NCBI GenBank assembly: GCA_030390025.1
Contig: CM059452.1
Span: 10,106,001-10,170,000, forward strand
DNA length: 64,000 nucleotides
Direction of reading: 5' to 3'
Source: Squalus acanthias
Taxonomy: Eukaryota
Shown here: one piece after another, positions 62,955 to 64,000 of the stretch
Position numbering within the stretch: position 1 is the first letter of the stretch
How the letters are laid out: every line of letters begins with the position of its first letter
Notes under the pieces: model-generated
The model's input: only the letters and a program-made list of their open reading frames with translations
Database searches by the model: none
What the model was told of the DNA's origin: nothing
Program-made: the position numbers and the translations under genes

Positions 62955-63960
62955 ATGTATCTATCTGTCTCTGTTGGTGTCTTTTTATCACTGTATTCAG
63001 TCACACCTTTGTCTATCTACCTCTGTTGGTGTCTCTCTGTATCACTGTGCTCAGTCACACCTTTATCTCTCTCCCTCTGTTGGTGTCTCTGTATCAGTGT
63101 GCTCAGTCACACCTTTATCTATCTCCCTCTGTTGTTGTCTCTCAGTTGCACTATATTCTGTCACACCTTTATCTATCTGTCTCTGTTGGTGTCTCTGTAT
63201 CACTGTGCTCAATCTCACCTTTATCTATCTCCCTCTGTTGTTGTCTCTCAGTTGCACTATATTCTGTCACACCTTTATCCATCTCCCTCTGTTGGTGTCT
63301 CTCTGTATCACTGTGCTCAGTCACACCTTTATCTCTCTCCCTCTGTTGGTGTCTCTGTATCACTGTGCTCAATCTCACCTTTATCTATCTCCCTCTGTTG
63401 TTGTCTCTCAGTTGCACTATATTCTGTCACACCTTTATCCATCTCCCTCTGTTGGTGTCTCTGTATCACTGTGCTCAGTCACACCTTTATCTATCTCCCT
63501 CTGTTGGTGTCTCTCTGTATCACTGTGCTCAGTCACACCTTTATCTATCTCCCTCTGTTGGTGTCTCTCTGTATCACTGTGCTCAGTCACACCTTTATCT
63601 ATCTCCCTCTGTTGGATCTCTCTGTATCACTGTGCTCAGTCACACCTTTATCTCTCTCCCTCTGTTGGTGTCTCTGTATCACTGTGCTCAGTCACACCTT
63701 TATCTATCTCCCTCTGTTGGTGTCTCTGTATCACTGTGCTCAGTCACACCTTTATCTATCTCCCTCTGTTGGAGTCTCTCTGTATCACTGTGCTCAGTCA
63801 CACCTTTATCTATCTCCCTCTGTTGTTGTCTCTCAATTGCACTATATTCTGTCACACCTTTATCTATCTCCCTCTGTTGGTGTCTCTGTATCAGTGTGCT
63901 CAGTTACACCTTTATCTATCTCTCTCTGCTGGTGTATCGCTGTATTACTGTACTCAGTGC
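62955..63960. repeat. Minisatellite, ~52-54-bp unit x ~19
   Basis: tcacacctttatctatctccctctgttggtgtctctgtatcactgtgctcag; a reverse-oriented monomer lies at ~55790-55855. Confidence 0.93.
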
Positions 63961-64000
63961 TACGATCCCTACCATGAGAACGAAGGTTCTTTTTTTGACT

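Noticed and set aside
62955-63977. 340-aa ORF
   Set aside because: Translation of a minisatellite; periodic low-complexity peptide
1-64000. IgH-like V (TAILV), NAR-TCR V, D, J or C segments
   Set aside because: No VH-type WVRQ...LEW...YYCAR or NAR-type V seen; no 12-RSS-flanked D, in-frame FGxG J or C exon found by eye; alpha versus delta usage cannot be assigned from this window

Overview
Eukaryotic (vertebrate) DNA: part of the V-segment array of a T-cell receptor alpha/delta-type locus, most likely from a cartilaginous fish (inferred from the CR1/L2/SINE/Penelope repeat content and the V sequences; not database-confirmed). I count 23 V segments or V relics from about a dozen sequence families (my labels A, B, D-M), 11 on + and 12 on -. 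Most have a phase-1 leader exon, a V exon (Cys...W-Y-x-Q...Y-Y/F/L-C) and a 3' heptamer/22-24 bp spacer/nonamer RSS. About 8 look intact; the rest carry stops, frameshifts, lost starts or truncations. No convincing D, J or C segment is present. The array is a mosaic of segmental duplications filled with CR1 LINEs (one with an open ORF2), an L2 LINE, SINEs, MITEs and minisatellites. Most notable: a V family whose leader is fused to the V exon with no intron; CTCF-like motifs about 23 bp from RSS nonamers; FR3-RSS-flank cassettes shared and exchanged between different V families; an in-frame hybrid of one family's promoter/leader with another family's V exon; conserved 24-bp RSS spacers; and a minisatellite whose units carry consensus RSS heptamers.
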